From the NCBI GenBank assembly GCA_033763895.1, contig JANRJQ010000003.1:29791-93790 (forward strand): a stretch of DNA of 64,000 nt. Direction: 5' to 3'. This DNA is from Chloroherpetonaceae bacterium. GTDB taxonomy: Bacteria > Bacteroidota > Chlorobiia > Chlorobiales > Thermochlorobacteraceae. The notes below the pieces were generated by a model. It was not told where the DNA came from. It saw only the letters and a list, made by a program, of their open reading frames with translations, and made no database searches. Made by a program: the position numbers and the translations under genes. Shown in pieces: positions 28,018-37,342 of the stretch (positions are counted from its first letter, which is position 1; each line of letters opens with the position of its first letter).

Positions 28018-28677
28018 TTAAAACGAGCCCCTGTCAGGATTATAATACTCTGTGCCTGTGTAGTGTTTTTTGAAAATTAAATCAAAGACATAATTAAAAT
28101 CTTTTTCGTTATCAGAAAAGTCAATATCGGTAACATTAATGATAAGCAGAGGCGTTTTCTTATATCGAAAGAAAAAATAATTATAGGAATCATGTAACTC
28201 ACGAATGTATTCTTCTTCAATTCTTTTTTCCATTAAACGGCTACGTTTACGAATGTTTTTCATGAGCCTTTCTGGTGATGCCTGTAAATAAACAACCAAA
28301 TCGGGTTGAGTAATGGTTTTATCCATAAAGTTTACGATTGTATCATACAAATGGAGTTCATCTTCTTGGAGATTAAGGTAGGCGAATATTTTATCCTTAT
28401 CGAAGATATAATCAGAAATGAGGTACTCAAAAAACAAATCATAATTACGGAGGTTTTGTTGTTGTTTGTATCGGCTTGTTAGAAATGCCATTTGAGTTTG
28501 AAAGGCAAATCTTTTCCGATCTTCATAAAAGCGTTCCAAAAAGGGGTTATCTTCAAACTCTTCGAGAACGATTCTGCAATTCCCCAACTTTTGTCCTAAA
28601 CGATTGACAAGAGTTGTTTTCCCAACACCGATAACGCCTTCGATTGCGACATACTTTGGTGAATTGACAAAACTCAT
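28018..28677 (-). CDS. Deoxynucleoside kinase (dCK/dGK family)
   Basis: IEGVIGVGKTTL P-loop, NPFLERFY, FQTQMAFL, PDLVVYLQA. Confidence 0.93.
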   Translation of the reverse strand: MSFVNSPKYVAIEGVIGVGKTTLVNRLGQKLGNCRIVLEEFEDNPFLERFYEDRKRFAFQTQMAFLTSRYKQQQNLRNYDLFFEYLISDYIFDKDKIFAYLNLQEDELHLYDTIVNFMDKTITQPDLVVYLQASPERLMKNIRKRSRLMEKRIEEEYIRELHDSYNYFFFRYKKTPLLIINVTDIDFSDNEKDFNYVFDLIFKKHYTGTEYYNPDRGSF

Positions 28678-28692
28678 AGGTGAGAGTAAAAA

Positions 28693-28944
28693 TTAAGTTT
28701 TAAGTTCACGTCGAAGTTTTTCTTTTAACTCAAGTTCATAAACATGATACTTAAAAGCCATTCTCCCGTTAATAAACACCACTGGGATTTTTGATCCGAA
28801 CTCTTGAATTAGGTGATGATCTTCTTGAATTTTAATCTCTCTAAAAGAAAAGGGGATACTCTTTTGGGTTTGAAGCAAGACTTCCTTGGCTTCATCACAG
28901 AGGCAGCATCCATCTTTTGAATACAACTCAACTAGTACTGTCAT
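28693..28944 (-). CDS. Glutaredoxin-like protein (DUF836 type)
   Basis: LYSKDGCCLCD and IPVVFING motifs. Confidence 0.85.
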   Translation of the reverse strand: MTVLVELYSKDGCCLCDEAKEVLLQTQKSIPFSFREIKIQEDHHLIQEFGSKIPVVFINGRMAFKYHVYELELKEKLRRELKT

Positions 28945-28953
28945 GAATAGTCA

Positions 28954-29817
28954 TTAATTCTTTTTTGCAACTTTCTTTTTTACAGGATCCGGTAAAGATT
29001 CCCAATGAGGTCTTTTACTAACAATGAATAGCATCCCTAACCCAGAAAGAAACAGACCAATTGAAATCACTTGTGCTTGAGTAAATCCAAATAAAAAAAG
29101 ATCGTTGAGGCGAATGAACTCAATGAAAAATCTTGCAGCAGCTTGCAAGATAAGGTAAATCGCAAATAATTTTCCGGCAGGTGAAGAAGCTGTTCTTATT
29201 AACCAAAGAAATCCGAAAATACCAAGAGAATAAAAGAATTCATAAATAGGAGTTGGATGAACAGGAATATCTTTTGGGATGGGTTCCTTTGGATAAAGTT
29301 CAGCAAAACGCTGAGCTAACTCTAAATTAACAGACGAAAGCGTGGAGATAATTCCATTAGGGAAAGTCATCCCGAATTGAGAAAGTGTAGGGTCTCCATA
29401 ACATCCATCACCAGCAAGCAAACAACCAATTCTTCCAATTCCGTAAGCAATCATTAATGAAGGTGCAGCAGCATCAAAAAATGGGAGCAAGGGAATGTTG
29501 TTTTTTTTAAGATAATACACATTGCCTGAAATCGCCAAGATAAGGCCCCCGTAGAATGTTAGCCCTGACGCATTAAATATCATTTCAAAAGGGTTATCTA
29601 AAAAAAGAGAAAAGTTTTCAAAAAGATGAAATAGTTTTGACCCTAAAATTCCTAAGAAAATCGATATCAAGGTTACCGTTGAACCCGCTTCAATGGGAAG
29701 TTTCTTTCTTTCTAACTCCTTTTCTAATAGAAAACTTGCGGTCAGAAAAGCCAAAACAAGCATCGCACCAAAACTATTAAGCGTGATTGGTCCAAACTTA
29801 TATATTACCGGATACAT
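28954..29817 (-). CDS. lgt: Prolipoprotein diacylglyceryl transferase
   Basis: GLTFYGG, GRIGCLLAGDGCYG, HPTPIYE, RFFIEFIR motifs. Confidence 0.95.
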   Translation of the reverse strand: MYPVIYKFGPITLNSFGAMLVLAFLTASFLLEKELERKKLPIEAGSTVTLISIFLGILGSKLFHLFENFSLFLDNPFEMIFNASGLTFYGGLILAISGNVYYLKKNNIPLLPFFDAAAPSLMIAYGIGRIGCLLAGDGCYGDPTLSQFGMTFPNGIISTLSSVNLELAQRFAELYPKEPIPKDIPVHPTPIYEFFYSLGIFGFLWLIRTASSPAGKLFAIYLILQAAARFFIEFIRLNDLFLFGFTQAQVISIGLFLSGLGMLFIVSKRPHWESLPDPVKKKVAKKN

Positions 29818-29853
29818 GTTTCAAACGTCTGGTTATAATAACGGATAAAAATT

Positions 29854-31125
29854 TTAAGCTAACTTTAGTTTTTCATAAATAGCTTCAAATGTCAGAGCTT
29901 CTTGATTGGATGTAGCAAGGTTTTTGAACTGGAAGATGTTTTCATTTAACTCTTTTTCACCAACAATTAGCGCGTATTTAGCACCGATGCGTGAAGCTTC
30001 TCGAAATTGCGCTTTTAGGCTTCTTTTCAAAAGGTCGGTTTCGGCAAATATATTTTGTTGACGCAAAAAATTTGTTGTTTTTACAACCCAAGGTCTTGCA
30101 GATTCAGATTGTGCAACAAGAAAAACATCGACTCTTTTTGTAAGATCAGAAGGAAATCGACCATTTTTTTCAAGAGCGATTAATAGACGTTCAACGCCCG
30201 AAGCAAATCCAACAGCGGGAATTTCTTTTTCAGAACCGAGAACAGTCGAGAGCCCGTCATAACGCCCGCCACCGCCCAAAGCATCTTGCGATCCTAAATC
30301 AGTACTGCTTAGTTCAAAGGCCGTACGAGAATAGTAGTCTAGGCCACGAACGAGTGTAAAATCTTCAACAAAAGCGATACCAAACGCTTCTAAATAACCC
30401 TTAAACAAATTAAAATGCTCTTTCGATAAAGAATCAAGATAATCAGTGATTTTAGGAGCAGATTGAATCAAATGAGTTAAATCAGGATTCTTTGAATCAA
30501 GAATTCTTAAGGGGTTTTTTTCTAATCGAACCTTAGAAACATCATCAAGCATTGATTCAAAAGGCTTAAAATATTCTTGAAGAATATTACGGTAGGTTAT
30601 TCTTGTTTCTGTATTGCCAAGGCTGTTGATTCTCAAGCTAAAATTTTTTAAGCCAAATCGTTGATAAATCGTCATCATTAATGAAACGATTTCAGCATCG
30701 GCTTCAGGTTCAGTGCTGCCAAGGCACTCTGCACCAAATTGCCAGAATTGTCGTTGTCTTCCTGCCTGAGGGCGTTCTTTTCGGAAGAGCTCGGAGAAAT
30801 AATAAAATTTTTGGGTAGGTGAATGACCAAGAAAATTATGTTCAATTGCGGCTCTCATAACACCAGCCGTCATTTCTGGTCTTAAGGTTAAAGAGTCGTG
30901 GTTGTTCGGATCGGGTTGAAAAGAATACATTTCCTTACCGACAATATCGGTTGTTTCTCCGATTCCTCTTGCAAAAAGTGAAGTATCCTCAAATACTGGT
31001 GTTCGGATTTCTTGATAACCAAAGGTATCAAAAACATCGCGTATGGTCTTTTCGGCGAATTGCCAGCGGTAGATTTCAGGGGCAAAAACATCTTTTGTCC
31101 CTTTGATTGATTTTAGTTTTGACAT
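29854..31125 (-). CDS. hisS: Histidine--tRNA ligase
   Basis: LRPEMTA, ERPQAGRQRQFWQFG, LVRGLDYY, GGGRYDGL motifs. Confidence 0.98.
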   Translation of the reverse strand: MSKLKSIKGTKDVFAPEIYRWQFAEKTIRDVFDTFGYQEIRTPVFEDTSLFARGIGETTDIVGKEMYSFQPDPNNHDSLTLRPEMTAGVMRAAIEHNFLGHSPTQKFYYFSELFRKERPQAGRQRQFWQFGAECLGSTEPEADAEIVSLMMTIYQRFGLKNFSLRINSLGNTETRITYRNILQEYFKPFESMLDDVSKVRLEKNPLRILDSKNPDLTHLIQSAPKITDYLDSLSKEHFNLFKGYLEAFGIAFVEDFTLVRGLDYYSRTAFELSSTDLGSQDALGGGGRYDGLSTVLGSEKEIPAVGFASGVERLLIALEKNGRFPSDLTKRVDVFLVAQSESARPWVVKTTNFLRQQNIFAETDLLKRSLKAQFREASRIGAKYALIVGEKELNENIFQFKNLATSNQEALTFEAIYEKLKLA

Positions 31126-31136
31126 ATGCGATGGGA

Positions 31137-31607
31137 CTAAAATTCGGGGAGAACTTTTTCTTTCTCGGTTAAAATAAAGAGAATATCTTCGATTGATTGA
31201 GCTGAACTTAAGCGAAGTCGCATTTCAGGCTGCTGGACTGTTTTGGCGATTTGACTCAGAAATTTTAAGTGAAGGATTGCTAAGTTTTCAGGAACTGCTA
31301 AGAGAAAAACAATTTTAACGGGTTCGTTATCGCTTGACCCATAATCGATTGGTTTACTAAGAATTGAGAGTGCGACAACTGGCGCTGTAACTGCCTTTGT
31401 TTTTGCATGAGGTAATGCAACGCCATTTCCAATACCAGTAGGTGCATCCTTTTCTCGTTTCAAAACATCAAATCTTAGCTTTGTTTTGTCTGTCACTGAT
31501 TGATTTGATGAAATCAATGTCAGCATCTTCTCCAGCAAATCGTTTTTGGAGCGAACATCAAGCCCTAATGAAATGAATTCGGGTGTAATAAAGTCAGTCA
31601 ATCTCAT
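31137..31607 (-). CDS. PTS EIIA domain protein (Ntr/Fru-Mtl type)
   Basis: RE...TGIGNGVALPHA with the phospho-acceptor His. Confidence 0.88.
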   Translation of the reverse strand: MRLTDFITPEFISLGLDVRSKNDLLEKMLTLISSNQSVTDKTKLRFDVLKREKDAPTGIGNGVALPHAKTKAVTAPVVALSILSKPIDYGSSDNEPVKIVFLLAVPENLAILHLKFLSQIAKTVQQPEMRLRLSSAQSIEDILFILTEKEKVLPEF

Positions 31608-31796
31608 GAAAAAAAAGTCAAAGTGGTATCGATTTTTGGCTTTAAAACTGCCGTAGTCAAGAGAAAAGTGAATATAAGCAAGCGTCGGAATTCAACGATG
31701 AAAAAGACAAAAAAGATTGGCGTCTTACAAAAAATTCTGCAAGGCGTGACCTGTAAAGTGAGAAAAATTGTATTTTGAAAAAAAGAAAATCACCAA

Positions 31797-32606
31797 ATGA
31801 AAATGGAAACAGAATTTCTTTCAGCCTACGAAAAAGCGACCGAATCAGGCGTCTTAGATCCCCGATGCATCCCTCAACACCTTGGCACAGATGTTCCGAT
31901 TGGAGAGGAAATCAAGACGCCAAATTATACCGAATCTGAGCATTTGACTTGGAAATCGCTTTATCAGAGACAAGAAAAAATATTACCTCATCGAGCGTGT
32001 GATGCCTTCTTGAATGGCGTTCACACCCTTGAGATGTCATCAGAATCCATTCCTTCACTTCGTGAACTCTCACGAAAATTAGATTCTATGACCGGTTGGA
32101 AAGTTGCCCGTGTTCCGGGCCTTCTTCATGAGAAAGATTTTTTTGAGTTGCTTTCAGAAAGAATTTTCCCATCAACAGACTATATCCGTGGAGACAATGA
32201 ATTGAAATACACTCCCGCACCTGATTGCTTTCACGATATTTTTGGCCACATGCCAATGCTGACTAATCCCGATTTTGCGGATTTTTATCAACATTTTGGA
32301 AAAGTAGCGCTTCATGCTATGGGGCATCAACGGGTGGCTTTAGAGCGTTTGCATTGGTTTACCGTCGAATTTGGGTTGATTCGATCTGAAAATGGTCTGA
32401 GAATATTTGGTTCGGGAATTCTTTCTTCTGCTGAGGAAGTCGAGCATTCACTTTCAAATTCTGTCATCGTAAAGCCATTTGAAACAAAGGGGATAACTTC
32501 CCAAGACTATGATGTTTGGCATTTACAGCCCATTTTGTTTGCTATTGATTCATTTGAACAATTAAAGCAAGGTTTTCAGAATTGGGCGTTTAACGAGAAA
32601 CTATAA
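31797..32606 (+). CDS. phhA: Phenylalanine 4-monooxygenase
   Basis: YTPAPDCFHDIFGHMP and WFTVEFG iron-binding motifs, GSGILSS. Confidence 0.93.
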   Translation: MKMETEFLSAYEKATESGVLDPRCIPQHLGTDVPIGEEIKTPNYTESEHLTWKSLYQRQEKILPHRACDAFLNGVHTLEMSSESIPSLRELSRKLDSMTGWKVARVPGLLHEKDFFELLSERIFPSTDYIRGDNELKYTPAPDCFHDIFGHMPMLTNPDFADFYQHFGKVALHAMGHQRVALERLHWFTVEFGLIRSENGLRIFGSGILSSAEEVEHSLSNSVIVKPFETKGITSQDYDVWHLQPILFAIDSFEQLKQGFQNWAFNEKL

Positions 32607-32609
32607 GTG

Positions 32610-33473
32610 TTATTGAGGTAATGTCAATTTTGATTTTGTAGTATCGGTATAGACTCTATTTTTAACCTCGTTCAGTCGAAGATATTTAGAGCGAAGTCTT
32701 GATAAATCTTCACTAAATTTACTGTTAAATCGTGGAAGATTATTTTTTCCATCGAGTTTATCTCCCAGAAAAACAAATGAATCGTTTGACATATTATACA
32801 CCAAGTCATTCTCAAAAATATAGAGAAAGATTAGCGGAGCACTTTCCGGGGTTGTTTTTTCAATCGCCTCGGTAACTTTTTGAGCGCTTGAATAAGTAAG
32901 ATTCGGGGCAGTAAGGAGAGCCGTTAGAAGTGCGCTTTTGAATTGAGGTGTTTGAACTTCGTCGGCTTGAAGTCCAAGTTTTTCTCGAACCCAATTTCTC
33001 TTCAGTGCAATACTGAGATATTCATCAATCGGTAATCCAAAAAGGTGGCGTCTAAACGTTACCAAAGCTTCCAAAACGGTGAAGTCTTGATTCGTTTTAA
33101 GCTTCGTTGAATCAGCTAAATGAACAAATCGGTTGATATCATCAACGAGTGAACAGCCAGTGATAAGCAATTTAGAAATTCTGAATTCGTCCGTTGTGAA
33201 ATATCCATCGGCTAAAAAACCTTCAATCTTTTCTACAGAGCTTTCTGCTTCTCGATTGAGAATTAGAGCACGATATTCTTCGGGAGTGAATTTTGGCATC
33301 ACATAGGCGGGTCTCAAATAGGTATAGAGAATTAAAGCAATAACGAATGCAATAGGAATCCCTAATGAGGTGAGCTTAGATTTTTTCCAAAAAAAAATAG
33401 AAACGCCAATCATGACGAGGAGAAAAAGTAAAATCAAGGAGACCGAAAAAAAAGAAAGCGAATAGTTTAGCAT
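32610..33473 (-). CDS. Hypothetical membrane-anchored protein (two N-terminal TMs)
   Basis: 287-aa ORF filling the gap between phhA and the DUF309 gene; no family recognised. Confidence 0.7.
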   Translation of the reverse strand: MLNYSLSFFSVSLILLFLLVMIGVSIFFWKKSKLTSLGIPIAFVIALILYTYLRPAYVMPKFTPEEYRALILNREAESSVEKIEGFLADGYFTTDEFRISKLLITGCSLVDDINRFVHLADSTKLKTNQDFTVLEALVTFRRHLFGLPIDEYLSIALKRNWVREKLGLQADEVQTPQFKSALLTALLTAPNLTYSSAQKVTEAIEKTTPESAPLIFLYIFENDLVYNMSNDSFVFLGDKLDGKNNLPRFNSKFSEDLSRLRSKYLRLNEVKNRVYTDTTKSKLTLPQ

Positions 33474-33543
33474 TGATGATCAATAAATTCAATTTATTAT
33501 TGGGGGGCAAAGATAGAGAATCTAAATGTAAAAAGGAATTTAG

Positions 33544-34230
33544 TTGGTGGAAGAAAATCAAAAGGGAAATTTATTAGTATTCAAAGATGAGCTAAGAAGG
33601 GGAATAGAGGAATTTAACCGACAAGACTTTTTTGAGGCTCATGACACATTCGAAGAAATTTGGCAAAAGGTATCGGGTTATGATAAACTCTTTTTGCACG
33701 GATTGTTAAATCATACCATCGGATTTTATCACTTTTCATTTGGAAGATGGAAAGGCGCTGTAAGTCAGTTTGAAAAAGGATTGGAAAAGTGGGAATTCAT
33801 GCTGGGGTCATACAAAGGTTTTCAGGTACTATCAATTAATCAGTTAATCCTAAATGAATTTTTGCCTTTAGCAAAGGAATATGAGGAAAAGCAAACTTCA
33901 ATTCAAGAATTAAAAGACTCAAATCAAACTTTTCATTTTCCGAATGTGAGCATTCCTCAATGGATTTTAGAAGAAAACGAAGAACATTTAATAAAAGTGA
34001 ATCAAACTCAATTACAATCGGATGAGGAACTTGCCTCTCTTTGGTATAGGATATCCCAAGAACGCGTTGAAAAGGAAGAATTTCAAAAGATTGTTTTTGA
34101 TCTCAAATTAAAAATAGACCTTTTGAATGAAGAGCATATAAAGGATGTCAAACGAAAAAAACTTTGGTTCTTCTCGTTCCTTCTATCTGTCTTTATAATA
34201 TTAATGTTAATCCTCAAGTTCCTTTTATAG
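33544..34230 (+). CDS. DUF309-domain protein with C-terminal coiled coil and TM anchor
   Basis: GIEEFNRQDFFEAHDTFEEIW...FLHGL DUF309 signature; start codon uncertain. Confidence 0.75.
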   Translation: MVEENQKGNLLVFKDELRRGIEEFNRQDFFEAHDTFEEIWQKVSGYDKLFLHGLLNHTIGFYHFSFGRWKGAVSQFEKGLEKWEFMLGSYKGFQVLSINQLILNEFLPLAKEYEEKQTSIQELKDSNQTFHFPNVSIPQWILEENEEHLIKVNQTQLQSDEELASLWYRISQERVEKEEFQKIVFDLKLKIDLLNEEHIKDVKRKKLWFFSFLLSVFIILMLILKFLL

Positions 34231-34297
34231 GAAACAAAGATTTTCAATCACTATTCTGTATCTTTGTGGCTATTCAGAAAAACGAAAAACAATATCT

Positions 34298-34669
34298 ATG
34301 ACTTCAATTTTGAACTTCACCATTTTCTTTGCTTTTTCTCCAAACAATCCTAACGATACCGGATCAACTTTTATAAATCTCTTGATGCCGCTATTGCTGA
34401 TTGTGGTGTTCTATTTCTTTTTAATTCGACCTCAGCAAAAAAAACAGAAGGAACGTGAAAAAACGCTTGATTCTTTGAAAAAGGGAGATAAAGTGGTGAC
34501 AATTGGAGGATTACACGGTAAGGTCGTTGGGATTAACCCAGAAAAGAAAACCGTTATGATCGATGCCGGTGATGTAAAACTGACGTTCGACCGCTCTGCA
34601 ATTGCAACCATAGAGGGAGTAGCAGATGGAAAGAGTGAGACGGCCGAAAAGCTTGAAAGTGCTTCTTAG
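34298..34669 (+). CDS. yajC: Preprotein translocase subunit YajC
   Basis: [14 protein letters not shown]...[15 protein letters not shown]. Confidence 0.96.
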   Translation: MTSILNFTIFFAFSPNNPNDTGSTFINLLMPLLLIVVFYFFLIRPQQKKQKEREKTLDSLKKGDKVVTIGGLHGKVVGINPEKKTVMIDAGDVKLTFDRSAIATIEGVADGKSETAEKLESAS

Positions 34670-34676
34670 TGATTTT

Positions 34677-34700
34677 GGCCGCGAAAGCGGCCTTTTTTTT
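34677..34700 (+). terminator. Intrinsic terminator between yajC and carA
   Basis: ggccgc-GAAA-gcggcc followed by T8. Confidence 0.8.
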
Positions 34701-34722
34701 GACACATTATTCGCTGAACACA

Positions 34723-35844
34723 ATGAAAATTAAAGCCCAACTTGTTTTAGAAAACGGTGAAGTTTTTGCAGGCTATGCTTTTGGGAATACCAATGGAATG
34801 GCAAAAGGTGAAGTTGTTTTTAATACCTCAATGACCGGTTATCAAGAGATCTTAACCGATCCATCTTATTTTGGACAAATTGTGGTAATGACTTACCCAT
34901 TGATTGGTAATTATGGTACAAACCAAAGAGATCGAGAGTCAGAAAAGGTTTGGGCATCAGGAATCATTGTGCGTGAGAACTCACCAATCGCGAGTAATTT
35001 TGAATCAGAAAAGAGTTTAGATGATTATCTCAATACTGAAGGCGTGACAGGGTTTTACGGCATCGATACGAGGAAATTGGTCAGGATGTTGAGGAATGAA
35101 GGCGCAATGCGAGGCATTATCTCAACTTCACATGAAACTCAAAGCATATTGGAAGAGGTTAAAAGTATTCCATTGATGAATGGTTTGGATTTGGCCAAGG
35201 TCGTTACGAATCAAAAGGTAAGAAAAGTTGGAGGGGAAGATTCAAACGCGTTTCATGTTGTGGCTTATGATTTTGGAATCAAGGAAAACATCCTTCGAAT
35301 GCTCTCAAATTCAGGTTGCAATGTAACGGTAGTGCCTGCTCAAACAACCGCAGAAGAGGTAATAGACTTGAACCCAGATGGTGTTTTTTTATCGAATGGC
35401 CCCGGCGATCCCGAACCGGTGAGTTATGCAATCGACGCGATTCAAAAACTATCAGATCGAAAATTTGCCGGCAGGGAAATTCCAATATTTGGAATTTGCT
35501 TAGGCCATCAATTGCTTTCCTTGGCTTTTGGAGCAAAAACTTACAAATTAAAATTCGGGCATCACGGTGGAAATCACCCGGTGAAGAATTTGAAGACCGG
35601 TCGAATTGAAATTACCGCTCAGAATCACGGCTTTGCGGTTGATCCAAAAAAATTGCCAAAAAATTTAGAGTTAACACATATTAATTTGTACGATCAAACA
35701 GTTGAGGGTGTCAGACACAAAACCTTGCCCATTTTTAGTGTTCAATACCATCCTGAAGCTTCACCGGGGCCTCATGATTCCCATTATTTGTTTGAAGAAT
35801 TTACGAGTGAAATGAGAAAACGAAATTCAAAGAAAATCGTTTGA
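34723..35844 (+). CDS. carA: Carbamoyl-phosphate synthase small subunit
   Basis: [52 protein letters not shown] at 34723. Confidence 0.98.
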   Translation: MKIKAQLVLENGEVFAGYAFGNTNGMAKGEVVFNTSMTGYQEILTDPSYFGQIVVMTYPLIGNYGTNQRDRESEKVWASGIIVRENSPIASNFESEKSLDDYLNTEGVTGFYGIDTRKLVRMLRNEGAMRGIISTSHETQSILEEVKSIPLMNGLDLAKVVTNQKVRKVGGEDSNAFHVVAYDFGIKENILRMLSNSGCNVTVVPAQTTAEEVIDLNPDGVFLSNGPGDPEPVSYAIDAIQKLSDRKFAGREIPIFGICLGHQLLSLAFGAKTYKLKFGHHGGNHPVKNLKTGRIEITAQNHGFAVDPKKLPKNLELTHINLYDQTVEGVRHKTLPIFSVQYHPEASPGPHDSHYLFEEFTSEMRKRNSKKIV

Positions 35845-35874
35845 GAAGGAATTACAAAGCGAAAGAGATTGGAA

Positions 35875-36993
35875 ATGAAAAAGAAAGTTGTGGTTGGAAT
35901 GTCTGGTGGGGTTGATTCCTCCGTTGCAGCGTGTTTGCTCAAGGAACAAGGGTTTGATGTCATTGGTATTACGATGAAAACTTGGGATTATGATATGGCA
36001 GGGCTCGGCAAAAGCAATAAGAAGGAAACAGGTTGCTGCTCGCTTGAATCCATAAATGATGCGAGAAGCGTTGCTGTGGCTAACGGTTTTTTGCACTACA
36101 CAATTGACTTTCGTGAAGACTTTGGTGGGGCTGTTATTGACTACTTTAAAGAAGAGTATTTACACGGCAGAACACCAAATCCGTGCGTAATGTGCAATAC
36201 AAAAGTCAAGTGGGATTCGCTTCTCGAACGCGCAAAGTTATTAGGTGCCGACTATATCGCAACAGGTCATTATGCGAGAGTAGTATTTAACAATGGAAGA
36301 TATCAACTGCTTAAAGGAAAAGACGAGAAGAAAGATCAAAGTTATGTGCTGTGGGGAATTTCTCAAGAAGCATTGGCACAAACCCTTTTTCCACTTTCTG
36401 AATTGACAAAACCTGAAGTAAGAGATTTGGCAAGGCGATATGGACTTAAGGTGGCTGATAAGGGTGAAAGTTATGAGATTTGTTTTATACCCGATAATGA
36501 TTACGAGCGGTTTCTCAAAGAAACGATTCCCGCATTGGAAAAGGACGTTTCGGGTGGGAAAATACGTGATGAAGCCGGTGAAGAATTGGGAGAGCATCGT
36601 GGCTACCCATTTTACACCATAGGGCAAAGAAAAGGATTGGGAATATCAACACCCGAACCCGTTTATGTAACTGAAATCGATTACCTTTCCAATACGATTA
36701 AGGTTGGGAGTGAAGATAAACTTATGCATCGTGGGCTTTATGCAAATCAATTAAATTGGATTGGGATTGAGCCATTTGGCGGCGAAAAAAACGAGGTGCG
36801 ATGTTTCGCAAAAATTCGATACAAAGATGTTCCTGAGCCTTGCACGATTCGGAGATGGAGTGAAAACCCAAATTTAGCAGAAGTGCTTTTTGACAAGCCA
36901 AAACGAGCCATTACACCCGGGCAAGCAGTCGTTTTTTATAATAATATTGAAGTTCTTGGGGGCGGTTTTATTCATAGTGTTATAAAAGATTAA
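35875..36993 (+). CDS. mnmA: tRNA 2-thiouridine(34) synthase
   Basis: MSGGVDSS, TPNPCVMCN, ATGHY, KDQSY, TPGQAVVFY motifs. Confidence 0.98.
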   Translation: MKKKVVVGMSGGVDSSVAACLLKEQGFDVIGITMKTWDYDMAGLGKSNKKETGCCSLESINDARSVAVANGFLHYTIDFREDFGGAVIDYFKEEYLHGRTPNPCVMCNTKVKWDSLLERAKLLGADYIATGHYARVVFNNGRYQLLKGKDEKKDQSYVLWGISQEALAQTLFPLSELTKPEVRDLARRYGLKVADKGESYEICFIPDNDYERFLKETIPALEKDVSGGKIRDEAGEELGEHRGYPFYTIGQRKGLGISTPEPVYVTEIDYLSNTIKVGSEDKLMHRGLYANQLNWIGIEPFGGEKNEVRCFAKIRYKDVPEPCTIRRWSENPNLAEVLFDKPKRAITPGQAVVFYNNIEVLGGGFIHSVIKD

Positions 36994-37000
36994 GTATTTT

Positions 37001-37031
37001 TTTGCTGGGTGATGTCAGTCAATTATATTTG
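37001..37031 (+). promoter_or_regulatory. Candidate promoter for the tRNA-Leu pair
   Basis: TTTG (37001-37004), 19-nt spacer, TATATTTG (37024-37031), matching the Bacteroidota -33/-7 consensus. Confidence 0.5.
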
Positions 37032-37094
37032 CGACCCGTTTATGAAAGCGGAATTCGATTGGATGTTAGAATTGTATTGATGAATCGTCAAAAT

Positions 37095-37176
37095 GCGAGT
37101 GTGGCGGAACTGGCAGACGCGCGGGTCTTAGAAGCCCGTACCGCAAGGTGTGTGGGTTCAAGTCCCTCCGCTCGCA
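37095..37176 (+). tRNA. tRNA-Leu (anticodon TAG)
   Basis: Acceptor stem gcgagtg/cgctcgc, D arm with GG, anticodon arm cgggt-ctTAGaa-gcccg, long variable arm, ttcaagt T loop; CCA not encoded. Confidence 0.96.
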
Positions 37177-37213
37177 CATAAGTTAAGATTAGATGAGTGG
37201 AATAGCTCATTAT

Positions 37214-37299
37214 GCCGAAGTGGCGGAACTGGCAGACGCGCTGGACTCAAAATCCAGTATCTCTAAAAAGATGTGTGGGTTCGATTCCCTCCTTCGGCA
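37214..37299 (+). tRNA. tRNA-Leu (anticodon CAA)
   Basis: Acceptor stem gccgaag/cttcggc, anticodon arm ctgga-ctCAAaa-tccag, long variable arm, ttcgatt T loop; CCA not encoded. Confidence 0.96.
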
Positions 37300-37342
37300 C
37301 AATACCCCATAAAATCGAATGGGTTAATTGAAAAAAGGATAC

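Noticed and set aside
33389..33397. A9/T9 homopolymer in a CDS (and A10 at 9162-9171) as phase-variation tracts
   Set aside because: Such runs are expected in AT-rich DNA and the reading frames are intact.
34669..34722. N-terminal extension of carA from GTG 34669
   Set aside because: Runs through the terminator hairpin; CarA homology begins at ATG 34723.
37095..37340. tRNA-Leu pair as an integration site for an island
   Set aside because: No integrase and no duplicated tRNA 3' end noticed; flanking genes are housekeeping.
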